Shown: positions 20,104-29,112 of the stretch, one piece after another
Numbering within the stretch: position 1 is the stretch's first letter
Layout: each line of letters opens with the position of its first letter
DNA from: a virus
Virus record (IMG/VR): IMGVR_UViG_3300044722_000002
Coordinates: 1-64,000 of that record
Direction: 5' to 3' (one strand)
Length of the DNA: 64,000 nt
Notes under the pieces: model-generated
Database searches by the model: none
The model's input: only the letters and a program-made list of their open reading frames with translations
Told to the model about the DNA's origin: nothing
Translations under genes and position numbers: made by a program

Positions 20104-20138
20104 AAAAGCCGGAAGGGATTGCTCCGCCACCGGCTTTA
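20104..20138 (-). terminator. terminator after RNA ligase gene
   Basis: AAAGCCGGTGGCGGAGCAATCCCTTCCGGCTTTT on the - strand. Confidence 0.55.
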
Positions 20139-20167
20139 GAGGAGATAAGACTTGTCCGTCCGTTTCG

Positions 20168-20785
20168 CTAAAAGTCTTTCGTCTTAAGCTTCACTATCAA
20201 CCGACTTCCCTTCTTGTCGAACAGCGTCTCTGCCGGACGGCCTACAAGCCCTTCTGCTCGCATCTGGCCTTCGCCTAGAAGTGACGGAAATCCTTGCTTA
20301 ACCATTTCCGTTGCCTGCTCAAGTGAAAACTCGCCTATGAATGGTACCGCGTCGAGTCCGAGTCTTGCGGCCACGTCGCAAGTGTTATCCCAGTTCAGCC
20401 ACCAGCGATCCGCAACGAGAACGTCAAATGCGATAAACTTTTTGGTCGGCGAATACAGTCCGCCTTTCTGGATGCCCGCGCCGTACCCCTCGCCATAAAT
20501 CACCGCGCTTGATTCGGGGAAAATCTCAGCCATCTTTGCCGTTGATACGTTCTCGTAAAGATACCTGATCAGGTCGCTATGAATTTGCGCGTTATCCGTC
20601 TTACCGCCAAAGGTCAACGTACCGTTAGCCCAAATTGCGCGGATATTCGTACCGTCGATTTTTTCTGTCCACTGCCAGGACTTTAGGAGCGAGTAGGTGG
20701 GGTTTTTGAGCTTGGAAGAGTCAACCTTAAAGGTTGTCATGTCCCGCTCGTAGAGGGTTTCGATTTTATGATAGGTGTTGTCCAT
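20168..20785 (-). CDS. RNA ligase family nucleotidyltransferase (Rnl2-like adenylation domain)
   Basis: YHKI, EKIDGTN (motif I), YGEGYG, FIAFDV, EGLV, KLK motifs. Confidence 0.85.
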   Translation of the reverse strand: MDNTYHKIETLYERDMTTFKVDSSKLKNPTYSLLKSWQWTEKIDGTNIRAIWANGTLTFGGKTDNAQIHSDLIRYLYENVSTAKMAEIFPESSAVIYGEGYGAGIQKGGLYSPTKKFIAFDVLVADRWWLNWDNTCDVAARLGLDAVPFIGEFSLEQATEMVKQGFPSLLGEGQMRAEGLVGRPAETLFDKKGSRLIVKLKTKDF

Positions 20786-20832
20786 TATTCAGTCTCCCGC
20801 TGTAACTTTGGTTTCGTAACTTGTGAAAGAGC

Positions 20833-20902
20833 TGGTTGCGGTCGCCGGTAACGATCCGGCTTTCAGGATTATGAAATGCGTGACCCTGTTCACTTCCCCG
20901 CA
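20833..20902 (-). tRNA. degenerate tRNA-Met(CAT)-like element (pseudo-tRNA)
   Basis: 3' ACCA; T-arm GCCGG/CCGGC; D-arm GTGA/TCAC; loop TTCATAA; acceptor pairs 5/7; anticodon stem broken. Confidence 0.5.
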
Positions 20903-20934
20903 ACAGAGACTATAACACGGCTGTCAAGACCTTT

Positions 20935-21111
20935 TCAGTAACACTGTGTCGAGACGATCACCGTGCAGCCGCCTTCGCAGCACACCGTAGTCGTAGTCGT
21001 GATACAACTACCTGACTGTTCGTGGGTTGTGGTTGAGATGCAGCCTGTCCGGGCAGACGTGGTAAGCGCGAGGGTGAAGGCGAAAACGACGGCTAGCAGT
21101 AGTTTCTTCAT
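20935..21111 (-). CDS. small secreted Cys/Thr-rich peptide (58 aa); missing from the ORF track
   Basis: MKKLLLAVVFAFTLALTTSA signal followed by 38 aa with 6 Cys; AAGGA RBS and own promoter. Confidence 0.7.
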   Translation of the reverse strand: MKKLLLAVVFAFTLALTTSARTGCISTTTHEQSGSCITTTTTVCCEGGCTVIVSTQCY

Positions 21112-21152
21112 TTTGAGTTTTCCTTTTTAGTGAGACATAAGAGACGATTGAG

Positions 21153-21181
21153 GTTATACTCTCCGCGCTCGTTCTAGTCAA
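21153..21181 (-). promoter_or_regulatory. sigma70 promoter
   Basis: TTGACT-N17-TATAAC. Confidence 0.65.
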
Positions 21182-21209
21182 AGGGTAACCCTTACTGTAA
21201 CTTTCACCT

Positions 21210-21659
21210 ATGAGCGGAGAAACCCAACAATGTCCCTCGCCGTGGACGGTAGACACGCTTAAGACTTTAACCGATGAGCAGATCAATAGAGTGCGGGGAG
21301 AGCTGGCCGCGCTAAAGGAACTCCTGCAAGCGGAGAACCGCGCTACAGCCGTGGCCGTCGTGGTAGCCCGGACAGAGTTGGAACGCAGGGTGGAACTGTT
21401 GAATAACCTGCGAACAGAAGTCGAGAACGACCGCGCGCAATTTGTGAAAACCGATGTCTACGCACCTGCGCATGAGGAACTAAGGCGGCAGAGGGTTACG
21501 GACGCTGAGAAGATCACGATCATTCAGGGAGACGTGAAGAGCAACGCTACTGACATAGCAGGAATGAAGAACTCCCTAATGTGGATGACCCGGCTAATTG
21601 TTGGAGCATTGGTAATGGGGGTGATAGCTTACGCGTTTCAGGCGTTGACAGGGAAGTGA
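21210..21659 (+). CDS. coiled-coil protein with C-terminal TM helix (holin/XhlA-like)
   Basis: WMTRLIVGALVMGVIAYAF TM segment after a coiled coil. Confidence 0.55.
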   Translation: MSGETQQCPSPWTVDTLKTLTDEQINRVRGELAALKELLQAENRATAVAVVVARTELERRVELLNNLRTEVENDRAQFVKTDVYAPAHEELRRQRVTDAEKITIIQGDVKSNATDIAGMKNSLMWMTRLIVGALVMGVIAYAFQALTGK

Positions 21660-21739
21660 GACAAAGGAAAAGGCGAGAATTTCATTGCTTAATCCGCACG
21701 GAGAGAGCATAATCCGGCGTAGAAAGTTGAGGATCACAA

Positions 21740-22012
21740 ATGACAGAAATCGTTAAAACCTCCGGCGGTCGCGACGTAACCACAACCGGCGACTACAAAG
21801 CTCTCCTGCACGCCCCTACACAGGCACAGCACAGTCTGGCAGGCTCGCTGATCAACCTCATCCCAATGGACGTGCTACTCCCTCTGGTTATCTCTGCCGC
21901 GCTGAAGATCGCCACGAGTGGGACGGGCACGCGCAGTAAGCAGATCAAAAAAGTCCTCATCCAGGTAGCGCAGTCAACGGAATCCACCTTCCCGGGCGAG
22001 GTATGCGGATGA
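21740..22012 (+). CDS. hypothetical membrane protein
   Basis: Hydrophobic segment; GAGG RBS; upstream TTGCTT-N17-CATAAT. Confidence 0.5.
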   Translation: MTEIVKTSGGRDVTTTGDYKALLHAPTQAQHSLAGSLINLIPMDVLLPLVISAALKIATSGTGTRSKQIKKVLIQVAQSTESTFPGEVCG

Positions 22013-22339
22013 AGCTAACTCTGTGGAGCGCGGGCGATAAACCCCAGCGAGTTGGGACAGTAACTGTGGCGATGGTCAACGGCATGCCACCGGAGTTGAT
22101 CTACCACGACGGCACCCCCTACGGGCGAGCATACTACGGCGGGTGGGCTTATGATGAGTTAACCGTGGGAGAGGCTGGTTAAGGGAGTAAACATGAGCGA
22201 CGAAAAAGACAGGGACGAGAGCAAGAACGAAAAGGCTAAAGAGTCCACGACAACTACTACGACTTCACCTCCGGCTGAACCGCCGCCGCCAGCCGATGGA
22301 GACGTGGAAAGTCCAGGTAAGACTGGGGGCGGTTAACCC

Positions 22340-22801
22340 GTGGTAGCAGCAGAATCATCGTTCAGTATTCCCAGCGAGGAAGTCCACCTTGTCTCGCAAC
22401 GGAAGTACAACCTTGATGAGGGTCGCCCGTGGTGGGAGACGGCCTTCTTTCGGCTTGTATGGCTCCCGGTGGTTCGTTTTGGGTTTAAGTGGATGCATGT
22501 AGCCGCTCCGAGCGCAATGCGTCCTGACGGCTCGATAGTGCTGATTGAGCAGCAAGGGGTTTACTTTGATAAAGAGCGTGCGGCCCGAACTTGCGAGAAT
22601 GAGTTTTGGACGGTGAAAACGCTACCAATCGACATACCTCTTCCAAAGGAAAGCGTGCAGTATAAAGGGCACCGTTCGCCACAATCCGTCATGCCCGACC
22701 GCTATCGCCGCCGCACCTTCCCTGCGCCCGTACCGGTCCACCAACTCAAACAGATAGAACGAGCATTCAAGACGATCAGTGAGAAGGCCACTGGGATATG
22801 A
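22340..22801 (+). CDS. hypothetical protein
   Basis: 153 aa ORF in the + strand island. Confidence 0.5.
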   Translation: MVAAESSFSIPSEEVHLVSQRKYNLDEGRPWWETAFFRLVWLPVVRFGFKWMHVAAPSAMRPDGSIVLIEQQGVYFDKERAARTCENEFWTVKTLPIDIPLPKESVQYKGHRSPQSVMPDRYRRRTFPAPVPVHQLKQIERAFKTISEKATGI

Positions 22802-22805
22802 CTCC

Positions 22806-23159
22806 ATGTACCAAGGCGCAACCACCTCACCGCACTCGTGGCTGGAACTTGTTTACCTTATCGCAGTAGCGATCCTTGCATCCGGCTCAACGTACTTATT
22901 CCCAAAACTTAAGCGTAAACAGACGGAAGCGGACATTCATAAGATAGACGCTGAGACTCGGCAGATCGATCTGTCGTCAATGAGTTCAGGCGGTGACCTC
23001 ATGCTGGGACTGATGAAGCAGGCAGCGATTGCAATGGCGGATGTTGAGCGGTTGCGGGCGCAGAAGGAGTTCTGGCAAGCAAAGGCTGAGGCGTCTGAGA
23101 CTGAGTGTGAGTTATTGCGGTTGCAGCTGGATAAGAGGATTAGGATAGGCGATTCCTAA
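22806..23159 (+). CDS. membrane-anchored coiled-coil protein (lysis-associated?)
   Basis: N-terminal TM helix followed by a coiled coil. Confidence 0.5.
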   Translation: MYQGATTSPHSWLELVYLIAVAILASGSTYLFPKLKRKQTEADIHKIDAETRQIDLSSMSSGGDLMLGLMKQAAIAMADVERLRAQKEFWQAKAEASETECELLRLQLDKRIRIGDS

Positions 23160-24328
23160 GCGCGTTCAAAACACAGGACATTCTCATGGTCGATTTCCGT
23201 GCCCGGATACTTCTTTTCGTGGAGTCTCCTGAAAAAGCTTTTACGAGAGATTGTTTTCACGTCTGCTCCGCCGTCAATCCTGCCTTGATCTCCGTACCGC
23301 TCCACTAACAAAGCGTGATGATCGTGAATAAGTTTGAAGCCGACAGATTGGCATAGCAGTGTCCACTGTGCGGGAAAGTCTACGATCTGCTTATTGCGGA
23401 CAAACCGCTTGACGACAAAGACGGCGTGAGCGTTAGGAGTTAAGACCTGGTGGAGTTGTTCGAGGATGGTTCGGGATGCTGACCAGAAGGTGTCGCCAGA
23501 CTGCTTTCCTAAATTATCAACGTGTCCACCGTAAGGGTCGCGGTCATTACTGCGTCGCATATTTGCTGCATTGCCGCCCTCACCGGCTTGCTGTATGCGT
23601 GAACCTTCATACGGGGGACTACTTACCGCGCACTCAAACCTCCCTGCCCGCATTGCCCCCAACTGTCCAACTGTCTCACCGTAGCGAGTATCACTACGAT
23701 TCATCTGTGAGTTTGGCCCACCTGTGTGAGCCGACTTCTCCGCATCAATGCCGCCGGCATGATTCAGACTTTCGGCATAAGGTGGAGACGATACAGCGAG
23801 GCTTGCATGTAGATTGCCTTCTTTCATTGCTCCAAGTTGGCCTTCGGTCTGTCCGTAAAACTCTCGTCGCGTATACAGCCGTTTCTCGTTGTCAATCGCG
23901 GTCTGTCCGCCGTGTCCAAGCCCGTCTGAATACGGCGGACTCGACACACAACAGCTCGCTTCACCGATCACGCTCGCCAGATTCCGCGAATCACCTTGAA
24001 CTAATCGCGCACTGCCCCACTTCGGTAAACGTGAGTAGCGATCATTCCAGAGAGCGATGTTCTGGTTTCCAAGCGCATGGAACCGAGGCTCCAATTCGCA
24101 TCCTGTCCAATGCAGTCCACTTTGCATGGCATCAAAACCGCCGAGTGCGACACCTCCAAACGGATCAACCACGTAATCGTTCTGATGTACCCATTGCTCG
24201 TCAATGACGTGTTGATAAATATGACGAATGAGAGTGCGAGAGTATTTGGCAGGATGAGCGAAGGACTCAGGTGTAATCACGCCTGTCCATCCTTCTCCGT
24301 ACATACCGTGCCATTCGTCTTGAACCAT
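23156..24328 (-). CDS. DNA amino-methyltransferase (N4C/N6A) with triplicated SPPY module
   Basis: HPAK, VVDPFGG (motif I), GDSRNL, three SSPPY motifs. Confidence 0.8.
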   Translation of the reverse strand: MVQDEWHGMYGEGWTGVITPESFAHPAKYSRTLIRHIYQHVIDEQWVHQNDYVVDPFGGVALGGFDAMQSGLHWTGCELEPRFHALGNQNIALWNDRYSRLPKWGSARLVQGDSRNLASVIGEASCCVSSPPYSDGLGHGGQTAIDNEKRLYTRREFYGQTEGQLGAMKEGNLHASLAVSSPPYAESLNHAGGIDAEKSAHTGGPNSQMNRSDTRYGETVGQLGAMRAGRFECAVSSPPYEGSRIQQAGEGGNAANMRRSNDRDPYGGHVDNLGKQSGDTFWSASRTILEQLHQVLTPNAHAVFVVKRFVRNKQIVDFPAQWTLLCQSVGFKLIHDHHALLVERYGDQGRIDGGADVKTISRKSFFRRLHEKKYPGTEIDHENVLCFERA

Positions 24329-24332
24329 CTGC

Positions 24333-24905
24333 TCAACTTTGTCCCACTTCAAACTTAGGGTTGCGCTCAATGACGATCGTTCCTTCCTTGTGTTTCTCCC
24401 AAACCATCCAAGCACAGGTAACGCTGTCGGTTTTCCCGTCGCCCGTGAACGAGATCCGCGGTAGTACGATCATTTGGGTTGGCGGATGTTCGTTTAACCA
24501 GTATCCGCGATCTTTCGTAGGTTCCAGGTAGCTCAGGCGCAGCAACATGGCGATACCGACAGACGCGTGCTCGTAGGCCAACGGAATAATTTGCGCGGCT
24601 TGGTTGAATGGAGGGTTAGAAACGACCCAATCAAACCCTGTCCACACCTTTTCCCAGTTTAGGACATCCGTAGCGTCCAGCGTCCAAGCAAGATGTGGCA
24701 TTGATAGGTCAATATCGTTACGCCAGATCGCACCGGGTTGGTATCGCAGAACATCAGCTATCGCGCCGTCGCCCGCGCAGCACTCAAACATCTGGCCGCG
24801 AATAGGCACGCGAGCGGTAAGTGACAGAGTTGCAGATACGGGAGTGAAGTACTGATCCAACTCGCGCCTGTTGGCTCGTTTTGTAATCGCTGCGCTATGT
24901 CCCAT
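24333..24905 (-). CDS. small DNA adenine methyltransferase-like protein
   Basis: DQYFTP, ECCAGDG, NPPF, LLRLSYLE motifs. Confidence 0.8.
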   Translation of the reverse strand: MGHSAAITKRANRRELDQYFTPVSATLSLTARVPIRGQMFECCAGDGAIADVLRYQPGAIWRNDIDLSMPHLAWTLDATDVLNWEKVWTGFDWVVSNPPFNQAAQIIPLAYEHASVGIAMLLRLSYLEPTKDRGYWLNEHPPTQMIVLPRISFTGDGKTDSVTCAWMVWEKHKEGTIVIERNPKFEVGQS

Positions 24906-25820
24906 TTACTCTACAACTTCTTTAGCATAACTAACAGCAGGCCATTCCTTCATTGCCCAAACGTCGTCAGGTACGCGACCTTGCATTCCCGGTCGTGGCC
25001 CACTGTCTTGCTTGAAGTAGACAGCGATTCCCGCCTCCTTTGCGTTAAGCGCGAGACTGATCGCCGAGGTTAGCGGCATCTCTCTGTGACCGTGTCCCGA
25101 CTCGCCACCGATCACGATGCCGTCTAGAGTCGGCGTTGATTGCCTCAGCCCGAACCGCGCATCGTTGGAAAAGTACACATCAAGAGTGAGTTCACCTAAC
25201 AGCGGCTCAACGCTGGCCCACCGCACCGCCGCCGGGGTTTCAAGCAATAGCTGAATGCGTTCGTCAGCGGTCTTTTGATCTTCGACGGACACGCCAAGGT
25301 GGACGTTCGGAAGCGAGCGGATCGGGTTAACGCCATGCGCCAAATTGGCCAACAAAACTAGTTGATCAATGCTGCCAAGACTACGGGCCACTGTATAAAC
25401 GCGATCCGCGAAACTCACGGTGTCTATGTACTCTCGCATCCGCTTCGCGCGCTTCGTCAAGACCTGAAACGTCACATCAGGCCGGAGTGCGAACAGCGCG
25501 AAATGCTGATCAATAATTTCATCTGAAACCCATTCGCCAAACAGGTCTGTCATATCGTCAACAAACACCTTCTTGCCTGCGATCTTCTTTGACTTTAGAA
25601 CCTCTCCTGCTTCGCTAAGGTCAAAAAACGACGTTAACGATTTCATGTTCTCAGCGGTGAACGCTTCGCCCCGGCCCCAACGTTTCGCCAGTGCTTCGCT
25701 GTAGCAGAATCGACAGCCTTCAGAAGCATGGACACACGCCCAAACCGTCTTGCCTTCGGCGTTGCGATACTTCAACAGGTTTGTGGAGAAGTCTGTCCAG
25801 CCGATTGATGTTTCTTGCAT
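24906..25820 (-). CDS. DUF5131 / Gp37Gp68 three-Cys protein
   Basis: IGWTD, CVHASEGCRFCY, DMTDLF, LTKR, GVSVEDQ, SVEPLL, GGESG, FKQ motifs. Confidence 0.9.
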   Translation of the reverse strand: MQETSIGWTDFSTNLLKYRNAEGKTVWACVHASEGCRFCYSEALAKRWGRGEAFTAENMKSLTSFFDLSEAGEVLKSKKIAGKKVFVDDMTDLFGEWVSDEIIDQHFALFALRPDVTFQVLTKRAKRMREYIDTVSFADRVYTVARSLGSIDQLVLLANLAHGVNPIRSLPNVHLGVSVEDQKTADERIQLLLETPAAVRWASVEPLLGELTLDVYFSNDARFGLRQSTPTLDGIVIGGESGHGHREMPLTSAISLALNAKEAGIAVYFKQDSGPRPGMQGRVPDDVWAMKEWPAVSYAKEVVE

Positions 25821-26182
25821 TCGGAACCCTTTACTCCAAAGTGTCTGAGTGTTAATTCCAGCCAAGCCGTCGGCTGTGCGGGCGTGATCGTCGTACCGCA
25901 CGTCTGGCAGGCAAAATAGAATCCCGTGTTAAGCGCGCCGGTGAACTCCGGTCGCCACGAGTGGCTGAGACGGCAGCGGAAGACTCGATGGATAGCGCGC
26001 CTCACTACGATTGTGCCTGCGCTTCGTCGGCCCACATACGGGCCTCTTGCAACTTGGTCGGTAAGTTCACACTTGCATTTCGGACAGAAAACGTAGTCGG
26101 CGCATGTGCCTTCTTCTCCTGTAAGCGCGCCACAGTTAACGCAGTAGAGGGGGGTAATTTCAAAATGGCATTCATTGCTCAT
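25772..26182 (-). CDS. Cys-rich hypothetical protein
   Basis: Several CxxC pairs. Confidence 0.45.
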   Translation of the reverse strand: MSNECHFEITPLYCVNCGALTGEEGTCADYVFCPKCKCELTDQVARGPYVGRRSAGTIVVRRAIHRVFRCRLSHSWRPEFTGALNTGFYFACQTCGTTITPAQPTAWLELTLRHFGVKGSECKKHQSAGQTSPQTC

Positions 26183-26406
26183 AGCCCTAACTCTCCCTGC
26201 TCTGCTTCCACCGCGTCGCGCGGGTATGGCTCACCGTGTAACTCAGTCAACGGATCGAACGCACCTGGTGGCAGTGAGATCGTGCCGTCGTCCATTGGGT
26301 CAATCAGACCAACTGAAGTGCAACAGGGACATTCAGGGTCGCTTGCATCAAAGTGTGGGGCCATTATTGAGCTTCTCCCTTCGCAACCTTCACGTCTCGT
26401 TCTGCT

Positions 26407-26961
26407 CTACGCTTTTGCAAGCATGAGTTCCTTATTTTCAAGAAAATCGTACACTCGCTTGTTCCATCTAGCGTCCGCGAGTGCGTGATGTTCACTCTTC
26501 CCCTGTTCAGGTAGTTTCGGGTTACCGAGATCGTCGCACCACTGCTTCAGATCACGCGTGTACATCGGCCAGCCTTTCGGCAGATCCATCATCGTGCCAA
26601 ATAGTTGACAGAGAGCGACGTGATCATAGTCTGCGTAGTAGCCCCACAGTTCGAATTTTCCCTGTTCGGGTTGTGGTCCATTTCGAAAGAACGCTAGCAG
26701 GTCGTTGGCTATCTGCTTGCGTGGGCGCCATGCCATCGCCTCGTCTTTAATTCGCGGAGCTACCGAGAGATCGCTGAAATTTACATAACGATCTGGCAAG
26801 TGGGCGAGCACGTTATCTTTTACCCACTGACTCGCTTTGCTTGGCTTAAATTCCGTGCTGATCGCATAATACGAACGACCATCTTCAGCAACCACGCCGA
26901 TACTGATTAGGTCGATGGTCTTGCCATCTTCAATGAATTCCGTATCATAATAGTAGCGCAT
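26407..26961 (-). CDS. 3'-5' exoribonuclease (DEDDh, Rv2179c/DUF5051-like)
   Basis: YYDTEF, LISIG, YYADYDHV, HHALADARW motifs. Confidence 0.9.
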   Translation of the reverse strand: MRYYYDTEFIEDGKTIDLISIGVVAEDGRSYYAISTEFKPSKASQWVKDNVLAHLPDRYVNFSDLSVAPRIKDEAMAWRPRKQIANDLLAFFRNGPQPEQGKFELWGYYADYDHVALCQLFGTMMDLPKGWPMYTRDLKQWCDDLGNPKLPEQGKSEHHALADARWNKRVYDFLENKELMLAKA

Positions 26962-26966
26962 GTAGA

Positions 26967-27359
26967 TTACTCCTTCTCTTTCACATCTCGTCCCGCCTGT
27001 ACTCGCTGCATTTCAAGGCCCAGTTCCGCGATTCGCTTTCCATCCTCAGCTTCGAGGGCCGCCTTCAGCTGATCGTTCAGTTCGGCCATTCGTTTTGGAA
27101 TGCCAATGAGGCTGCCGTAACCAAGAGCGTCTAATTCTGCCTCCGCCCAATCGACAACTTCATCATGGCTGCCATCGCGATCAAGTAAAGGGCCGTCAAA
27201 CGTATCCAACACCGCCCTGAGTGCTAACGCCAGCCGTCGCTCTCGACTGATCGCTGCGCGTGGAGTGGTCTCCGTTTTCACCTTTTTGCTTGCCATTGCG
27301 TTCCTTTCAGTTGCCAGCTCGATTGAACGTCGTAGTTGGAATTCGAGATCACCGCTCAT
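26967..27359 (-). CDS. hypothetical protein
   Basis: Coupled ORF. Confidence 0.5.
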   Translation of the reverse strand: MSGDLEFQLRRSIELATERNAMASKKVKTETTPRAAISRERRLALALRAVLDTFDGPLLDRDGSHDEVVDWAEAELDALGYGSLIGIPKRMAELNDQLKAALEAEDGKRIAELGLEMQRVQAGRDVKEKE

Positions 27360-27625
27360 TGTGTATACGACTTAAACAGTCGCTCCCTCGCGCCGGGAAA
27401 CTTCGCCTCGTATTCGGGATCGACCTCGCCTAACTCGTATAGCGTTCCGGATTTCGTGCGCACGACTCCATTCTCTACGCCAGCAATAGGGGACGTGACA
27501 ATCGACTTGCCGTCAGACTTGCGATGATGGCCCGTTACCGTCCCCGTCAACGACGGCTGCGCCCATTCTGGCGGATCGTAAGGCCCTCGTGTGTCTATCA
27601 CAGACCACTGCTCTAGTTTTGGCAT
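27356..27625 (-). CDS. conserved-type phage hypothetical protein
   Basis: PYDPPE...LTGTVTGH..DGKSIVTS...TKSGTLYELG pattern. Confidence 0.6.
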   Translation of the reverse strand: MPKLEQWSVIDTRGPYDPPEWAQPSLTGTVTGHHRKSDGKSIVTSPIAGVENGVVRTKSGTLYELGEVDPEYEAKFPGARERLFKSYTQ

Positions 27626-27669
27626 AGAGACTCACTCCTTTGCGCGCTCAACGTCCAATGTAATTATTC

Positions 27670-27960
27670 TGCGGACAGGTCACGTTAATTCGAGCTTTAT
27701 CTTCGGCTCAAGCAGGGTTACCCCAGAGAGCTGGCCTGTCCGCAAAAGGGCGGGCTGTGAGGGTCTTTAACCCCCGGCTCGCGCTTCCCGCTACCCGCAG
27801 GCCTGACTCTGGCAGCCCAGAAAAATTGTCAACGACCGTCTCTCCGATCTGTCACGCCATAGTCTGTGCGTCCGCCAAGCTTAGCCGTGCTGGTTAGGCT
27901 CGGCGTCAGGCGGCCTTCTGGTTCCCGGCGTCCTCGTACCGCGATATCTCCCTTGCACTC
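27670..27960 (-). ncRNA. candidate structured ncRNA cluster
   Basis: ORF-free gap with nested stems TGCGGACAGGTCA/TGGCCTGTCCGCA, GGGCTG/CAGCCC and CGCCAAGC/GCTCGGCG. Confidence 0.45.
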
Positions 27961-28060
27961 GGGGGCCAGATCGTACCGTGTCTCTCCGCTGGCAATGAAT
28001 CCTTAGGTGCAGCAACCAAGCACCCTTAGGGACACGTCATGTATTTCGTTGTCATCTACG

Positions 28061-28276
28061 CTACCAATCGCCGCCATCGTTTTCAATTGGAATAGCATCC
28101 AAGGCGTAGTCCTGATCCATGCCACCTGTTCGCGTAACCGCACGCTGCCCGTCCTTCTTCCGCATCACCCACAAAGTCCCGTCGGCGGAGAAGAGCCATA
28201 AGGACCTGGGCCAGATTCTCGCCGTTGCCAATAGCGCATCAACAGCACGTCGCTCTTCTTTGTTTAATTCGCGCAT
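28061..28276 (-). CDS. hypothetical protein
   Basis: WPRSLWLFSADG...IENDGGDW. Confidence 0.55.
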   Translation of the reverse strand: MRELNKEERRAVDALLATARIWPRSLWLFSADGTLWVMRKKDGQRAVTRTGGMDQDYALDAIPIENDGGDW

Positions 28277-28609
28277 CGCCCACCCCGAACAGTAAACCGA
28301 GTGAAATCACTTTGCGCGGCCACTTTGTCGGCAGGATGCCCTCATCCGCGCCCCGGCGTTTAAGCACAAGCCGCGCAAGCTGATTCTTTGTTTCAACCTA
28401 AAAAGTCTTTCAAGCTGGCAACGGCCTCTTCAAGGGTAGCGTATCCCGTTACCGGAGACGCGGCACGCACGCGCGCCCATTCGCGTGCCCACGGAACCAT
28501 CGCGGACTCGGGTAGCGCAATGCTTTTGCCCCGCTTGATTCTCGACGAGATACTCCGCGAGCCTGACAATGAATTGTGTCTTGTGCCGTCCATTTGCATT
28601 CCCTTCTCC

Positions 28610-28864
28610 TTACGCCTTAACCATCCCTGCCGCTATCTCCGCATCCTCTAGGACGTTGTAGCGATCGTCAAGTTCGCCAATCTCTTTTGTTAGCCGGTCA
28701 ATTTCCGTGACGCGAAGTTTCCGTGCGGCGATGATTGCCTCTTTTTCAGAGTTGAACAAGCAGTCAGATGGATACAGATGGCATACCAGAGCGTCAATCC
28801 AAAAAACCGGCGGCCCCTTCAAGCCGGTAGACGCTAACCATGAATCACTTGCTCGACGAGTCAT
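28610..28864 (-). CDS. hypothetical protein
   Basis: Coupled ORF. Confidence 0.5.
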   Translation of the reverse strand: MTRRASDSWLASTGLKGPPVFWIDALVCHLYPSDCLFNSEKEAIIAARKLRVTEIDRLTKEIGELDDRYNVLEDAEIAAGMVKA

Positions 28865-28865
28865 T

Positions 28866-29066
28866 TCACTTCCCGCCCTTTCGTGGCCCAGGCTTTGTGT
28901 TCCGTTTCTTCATTCGCGCTACCTGGGCCGGCGTGTAGGCGCTAACAGGCTGCCCCCACGCGTTTCGGCTCCTTGCTGCCGCTATCCCCGTCGCCCCGGC
29001 AATTTGACTAACGCGTGAAGGGGTAACGTTCAACATGGCCGCAACTTCCTGTCTTGTGTATCTCAT
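28866..29066 (-). CDS. HTH DNA-binding protein
   Basis: YTRQEVAAMLNVTPSRVSQIA; C-terminal KPGPRK. Confidence 0.75.
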   Translation of the reverse strand: MRYTRQEVAAMLNVTPSRVSQIAGATGIAAARSRNAWGQPVSAYTPAQVARMKKRNTKPGPRKGGK

Positions 29067-29073
29067 GGAACGG

Positions 29074-29103
29074 ACTCTAGCATGGTAGTTACTAACCTGT
29101 CAA
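29074..29103 (-). promoter_or_regulatory. sigma70 promoter, leaderless
   Basis: TTGACA-N18-TAGAGT, 7 nt before ATG 29066. Confidence 0.65.
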
Positions 29104-29112
29104 GGGAATAAG

